Below are positions 47,378-50,973 of a DNA stretch of 50,973 nucleotides, one piece after another. Position numbers and translations under genes: made by a program. Under the pieces are notes generated by a model. The model did no database searches. It was not told the origin of the DNA and saw nothing but the letters and a program-made list of their open reading frames with translations. This stretch comes from Acetobacteraceae bacterium (GTDB lineage: Bacteria; Pseudomonadota; Alphaproteobacteria; Acetobacterales; Acetobacteraceae): contig DAHXNW010000282.1 in NCBI GenBank assembly GCA_027365195.1, forward strand, positions 1-50,973. The letters run 5' to 3'. Position 1 is the stretch's first letter; every line of letters begins with the position of its first letter.

Positions 47378-47389
47378 GGGGCAGGCGGC

Positions 47390-48691
47390 ATGGCAACCAA
47401 TATCCTGATGCCGGCCCTCAGCCCGACGATGACCGAGGGCACGCTGGCGCGCTGGCTGAAGAAAGAGGGCGAGCAGATCGTCGCCGGCGACGTCATCGCC
47501 GAGATCGAGACCGACAAGGCGACGATGGAGGTGGAGGCGGTCGATGAGGGGGTGCTCGGCCGCATCCTGGTGCCCGACGGCACTGAAGGGGTTGCGGTGA
47601 ACGCGCCGATCGCGGTGCTGGTGGCCGAGGGCGAGGCGGTACCCGACGGCCCGACGGTGACGCAACCGGCACCCGCCGTTCAGCCACCCGCCACGAACGC
47701 CGATCCCGCGCCGGCCAAGCGAGCCGCACCCACGCCCAACGGCCACGCCCCGGCGGAACGCCGCATCTTCGCTTCACCGCTGGCCCGGCGGATGGCGCAG
47801 CAGGCCGGCATCGACCTCGCCGGTCTGCAGGGCAGCGGGCCGGGCGGACGCATCGTGAAGCTGGATATCGAGGCCGCACGGGGCAAGCCGGCGGCGGCAC
47901 CGGCTGCTGCCGCGCCCGTGTCTGCCGCCTCCGTGTCTGGCGCATCCGTGTCCGCCGCATCCTTGCCAGCCGCGAAGCCGGCGGCGATCACCGCGCCGCA
48001 TCGGCTGGTGGCGAACAGTTCGATGCGTCGCGTCATCGCCCGCCGGCTGACCGAGGCGAAGCAGCAGATTCCGCATTTCTACCTCACCGTCGATATCGCG
48101 CTCGATGCGCTGCTCGCCCTGCGTGGCCAGCTCAACGCGAAATCGGCCAAGGAGGGCGCCGGCGCCTTCAAGCTCTCGGTCAATGATCTGCTGATCAAGG
48201 CCGCTGCCATCGCGCTGCGCCGGGTGCCGGGGGTGAATGCGAGCTACACCGAGGAGGGCATCGCCTTTTACGACGATGTCGATATCAGCATCGCGGTGTC
48301 GATCCCCGACGGGCTGATCACGCCGATCATCCGCCAGGCCGACCGCAAGGGCTTGGCGGCGATCAGCGCCGAGATGAAGGATCTCGCCGCCCGCGCCCGT
48401 GCCGGCAAGCTCAAGCCGGAGGAGTTCCAGGGCGGCGGCTTCTCGATCTCCAACCTCGGCATGTTCGGCGTGCGCGAGTTCGCCGCCGTGATCAACCCGC
48501 CGCAGGGCGCCATCCTCGCCGTCGGCGCCGGCGAGCAGCGGGCGGTGGTGCGCGAGGGGGCGCTCGCGATCGCCACGATGATGAGTTGCACGATGAGCGT
48601 CGATCATCGCGTGGTGGACGGCGCCCTCGGCGCCGAGTGGCTCGCCGCTTTCCGCGGCATCGTGGAAGACCCGCTGAGCCTGATGCTATGA
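47390..48691 (+). CDS. pdhC: Dihydrolipoyllysine-residue acetyltransferase (PDH E2)
   Basis: 433 aa. Lipoyl domain ([12 protein letters not shown]), E3-binding domain (ASPLARRMA), catalytic domain ending in [10 protein letters not shown]. Confidence 0.95.
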   Translation: MATNILMPALSPTMTEGTLARWLKKEGEQIVAGDVIAEIETDKATMEVEAVDEGVLGRILVPDGTEGVAVNAPIAVLVAEGEAVPDGPTVTQPAPAVQPPATNADPAPAKRAAPTPNGHAPAERRIFASPLARRMAQQAGIDLAGLQGSGPGGRIVKLDIEAARGKPAAAPAAAAPVSAASVSGASVSAASLPAAKPAAITAPHRLVANSSMRRVIARRLTEAKQQIPHFYLTVDIALDALLALRGQLNAKSAKEGAGAFKLSVNDLLIKAAAIALRRVPGVNASYTEEGIAFYDDVDISIAVSIPDGLITPIIRQADRKGLAAISAEMKDLAARARAGKLKPEEFQGGGFSISNLGMFGVREFAAVINPPQGAILAVGAGEQRAVVREGALAIATMMSCTMSVDHRVVDGALGAEWLAAFRGIVEDPLSLML

Positions 48692-49176
48692 GCGGCGGCG
48701 ACATCGCGGTCCGGCCGGCAACACCGGAAGACCTTGCCGCGATCATGCGCTTTATCCGCGATCTCGCGGCGTATGAGAGACTGACGCAGGACTGTGTCGC
48801 GACCGAGGCGCAGATCGGTGCTGCGCTGTTCGGCACACCGCCGCGCGTGCATGCGCTGATTGCGCAGGTGGAGGATCAGCCGGTCGGGCTGGCTCTTTGG
48901 TTTCATACATTCAGCACCTTCACCGGTCGGTCCTCCATGTATCTAGAAGATCTGTTCGTCGATCCGGCGTTTCGCGGCCGGGGCGTCGCGCGCCGCCTGT
49001 TCGTCGCCCTGGGCCGTCGGGCGGTGGCGGAGGGGTGCGAACGGCTCGAATGGGCGGTGCTCGATTGGAACGAGACGGCGCTGCGCTTCTATCGGAGCCT
49101 TGGTGCCAAGCCACTCGATGAATGGACGTTGCAACGTCTGACCGGGCCGGCGCTTGCCGCTCTGGCAGCCGGTTGA
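48688..49176 (+). CDS. GNAT family N-acetyltransferase
   Basis: 162 aa from the internal ATG 48688 (ATGA overlap with the pdhC stop). Acetyl-CoA binding block [16 protein letters not shown], then FYRSLGA. Confidence 0.8.
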   Translation: MSGGDIAVRPATPEDLAAIMRFIRDLAAYERLTQDCVATEAQIGAALFGTPPRVHALIAQVEDQPVGLALWFHTFSTFTGRSSMYLEDLFVDPAFRGRGVARRLFVALGRRAVAEGCERLEWAVLDWNETALRFYRSLGAKPLDEWTLQRLTGPALAALAAG

Positions 49177-49188
49177 GGAGAGCGCTGC

Positions 49189-50589
49189 GTGGCTGAGCAA
49201 AGCTTCGATCTGATCGTCCTCGGCGGCGGCCCGGGCGGCTATGTGGCGGCGATCCGCGCCGCGCAACTCGGCATGAAGGCTGCCGTGGTGGAGCGCGAGC
49301 ATCTGGGCGGTATCTGTCTCAACTGGGGCTGCATTCCCACCAAGGCACTCCTGCGCTCGGCCGAGATCAACCATCTGCTGCATCATCTGCCGGAATTCGG
49401 CTTTGCCGCCGATAATGTGCGCTTCGATCTCGCCCGCGTGGTGACGCGCTCGCGCGCGGTGGCGAAACAGCTTTCCTCCGGCGTCGGCCATTTGCTGAAG
49501 AAAAACAAGGTGACGGTGTTCGACGGCGCCGGCAAGCTCGTCGGCAAACACACGCTCGCCGTGGAAAAATCGGGTAAGCCGGTGGCGACGCTGAAAGCCC
49601 CGCATATCATCCTCGCCACCGGCGCGCGGGCGCGGCAACTGCCGGGGCTGGAGGCCGATGGCAAGCTGATCTGGTCGTATAAGGAGGCGATGGTGCCGCC
49701 AGCGATGCCGCAATCGCTGCTGGTGATCGGCTCCGGCGCGATCGGTGTCGAGTTCGCGAGTTTCTATCTCAACATGGGCGCCAAGGTGACGGTGGTGGAG
49801 GTGCTCGACCGCATTCTGCCGGTGGAGGATGCCGAAATCAGCGCCTTTGCACGAAAGGCGTTCGAGAAGCAGGGGATGACGATCCTCACCGGCGCGCAGG
49901 TGAAGGGCGTGCGCAAGGGCGCCGACAGCGTCAGTGTGCAGATCGAGGCCGGCGGCAAGAGCCAGGAGATCACCGTCGATCGGGTGATTTCCGCCGTCGG
50001 CATCGTCGGCAATGTGGAGGGCATCGGGCTCGAGGGCACTGGCGTCGTCGTCGAGAAGACCCATGTGGTGATCGACGGCTATGGTCGCACCGGCGAGGCT
50101 GGCGTCTATGCCATCGGCGATCTCGTGGGCGCGCCCTGGCTCGCGCACAAGGCGAGCCACGAAGCGGTGATCTGCGTCGAGGCGATCGCCGGGCAGAACG
50201 ACGTGCATCCGCTCGACTGGAGTCGCATCCCCGGTTGCACCTATTGCCGCCCGCAGGTGGCCTCGGTGGGCTATACCGAGGCGCGCGCCCGCGAGGCGGG
50301 CTATGAGCTGAAAATCGGCCATTTCCCCTTCATCGGCAACGGCAAGGCGATCGCCATGGGCGAACCGGAGGGCATGGTGAAGACGATCTTCGACGCCAAA
50401 ACCGGCGAATTGCTCGGCGCGCACATGATCGGCGCCGAGGTGACGGAGATGATCCAGGGCTACACCATCGCGCGCACGCTGGAGGCGACCGAGGCGGATC
50501 TGATGCACAGCATCTTCCCCCACCCGACGGTGAGCGAGACGATGCACGAGGCGGTGCTTGACGCCTATGGCCGAGCCATCCATTTCTAG
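49189..50589 (+). CDS. lpd: Dihydrolipoyl dehydrogenase (E3)
   Basis: 466 aa with a GTG start preceded by GAGGAG. Blocks LGGGPGGYVAAIRAAQLG, GGICLNWGCIPTK (redox disulfide), HPTVSE. Confidence 0.95.
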   Translation: MAEQSFDLIVLGGGPGGYVAAIRAAQLGMKAAVVEREHLGGICLNWGCIPTKALLRSAEINHLLHHLPEFGFAADNVRFDLARVVTRSRAVAKQLSSGVGHLLKKNKVTVFDGAGKLVGKHTLAVEKSGKPVATLKAPHIILATGARARQLPGLEADGKLIWSYKEAMVPPAMPQSLLVIGSGAIGVEFASFYLNMGAKVTVVEVLDRILPVEDAEISAFARKAFEKQGMTILTGAQVKGVRKGADSVSVQIEAGGKSQEITVDRVISAVGIVGNVEGIGLEGTGVVVEKTHVVIDGYGRTGEAGVYAIGDLVGAPWLAHKASHEAVICVEAIAGQNDVHPLDWSRIPGCTYCRPQVASVGYTEARAREAGYELKIGHFPFIGNGKAIAMGEPEGMVKTIFDAKTGELLGAHMIGAEVTEMIQGYTIARTLEATEADLMHSIFPHPTVSETMHEAVLDAYGRAIHF

Positions 50590-50604
50590 CGCATGACCAG
50601 TCCA

Positions 50605-50690
50605 GTCTGCACCAGCCCGCGCCCCTACCCGGCCATCCATGCAAATATACTGACGTGGGTGGCCGGGTGGGGGCGCGGGCTGGTGCAGAC
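50605..50690. repeat. Palindromic intergenic repeat, copy 3
   Basis: Left arm GTCTGCACCAGCCCGCGCCCCTACCCGGCCATCCA, loop TGCAAATATACTGACG, right arm TGGGTGGCCGGGTGGGGGCGCGGGCTGGTGCAGAC. The two mismatches are both T opposite G. Lies between lpd and lipA. Confidence 0.85.
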
Positions 50691-50712
50691 TCACCATATC
50701 AGGCTTTAGCCG

Positions 50713-50973
50713 ATGACCACCCGCATCGTCATCGACCACCGTGGCGGCAGCGCGCCGCGCCATCCGGAGAAGGCGCATCGGCCGGACAACCCCATCCAGC
50801 GCAAGCCGGAGTGGATTCGCGTTCGCGCGCCCAATCATCCCGTCTATCACGAAACCCACGCGCTGATGCGCAGCCACGGGCTGGTGACGGTGTGCGAGGA
50901 GGCGGCCTGCCCGAACATCGGCGAATGCTGGTCGCAGCGTCACGCGACGATGATGATCATGGGTGATACCTGC
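50713..50973 (+). CDS. lipA: Lipoyl synthase (3' end cut by window edge)
   Basis: Not in the ORF track because no stop falls inside the window. My own translation from ATG 50713 gives [87 protein letters not shown], which carries the LipA N-terminal CxxxxCxxxxxC cluster motif. Confidence 0.9.
   Translation, partial: MTTRIVIDHRGGSAPRHPEKAHRPDNPIQRKPEWIRVRAPNHPVYHETHALMRSHGLVTVCEEAACPNIGECWSQRHATMMIMGDTC

Noticed and set aside
45776-50943. Long minus-strand ORFs 45776..47746 (656 aa) and 48943..50943 (666 aa)
   Set aside because: Antisense to pdhB/pdhC and to lpd respectively, with low-complexity translations. The second even reads through hairpin repeat copy 3.
1-50973. Search for tRNA/rRNA genes, CRISPR arrays, IS elements, transposases, integrases and prophage genes
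   Set aside because: No direct-repeat/spacer arrays, no tRNA-like T-arm/acceptor patterns in intergenic gaps, and no transposase- or integrase-like translations in any frame. The only repeat families seen are the three hairpin elements and the lipoyl-domain duplication.

Overview
Densely coding, high-GC chromosomal segment. It looks alphaproteobacterial and Acetobacteraceae-like, judged from the fused tal-pgi gene and the pentose-phosphate gene order; that taxonomic call is inference from memory. Content from left to right:
1. acr3-arsH arsenic resistance genes, followed by a divergent radical SAM/SPASM gene and an FAD-oxidoreductase::SelD fusion that is translationally coupled to a DUF2064 transferase-like gene.
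2. A sugar-phosphate supercluster: gntK-rpiA divergent from tkt, tal/pgi, gnd, zwf, a HAD phosphatase and pgl.
3. A PAS-like/B12-binding sensor gene.
4. A cluster of about 13 kb resembling aryl-polyene/xanthomonadin biosynthesis. It encodes ACP, an AMP-ligase, KS/CLF, two dehydratases, KR, two acyltransferases, GT2, a deacetylase, LolA-like and MMPL export proteins, and a flavin-halogenase-like enzyme.
5. A low-GC islet of about 0.7 kb carrying one orphan ORF.
6. An imp-type T6SS gene set: hcp and clpV divergent from tssA, tssB, tssC, impD, tagJ, tssE, tssF and tssG. It ends in a translationally coupled SAM-methyltransferase. No tssJ, tssK, tssL, tssM, vgrG or PAAR gene is present, although both borders of the cluster are visible in the window.
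7. The pyruvate dehydrogenase operon (pdhA, pdhB, pdhC, a GNAT gene, lpd) and the 5' end of lipA.

Three copies of an ~85-bp hairpin repeat with compensatory stem changes lie in intergenic gaps. I found no tRNA, rRNA, CRISPR array, IS element, transposase or integrase. Many long ORFs in the six-frame track are antisense shadow ORFs typical of high-GC DNA and were rejected.
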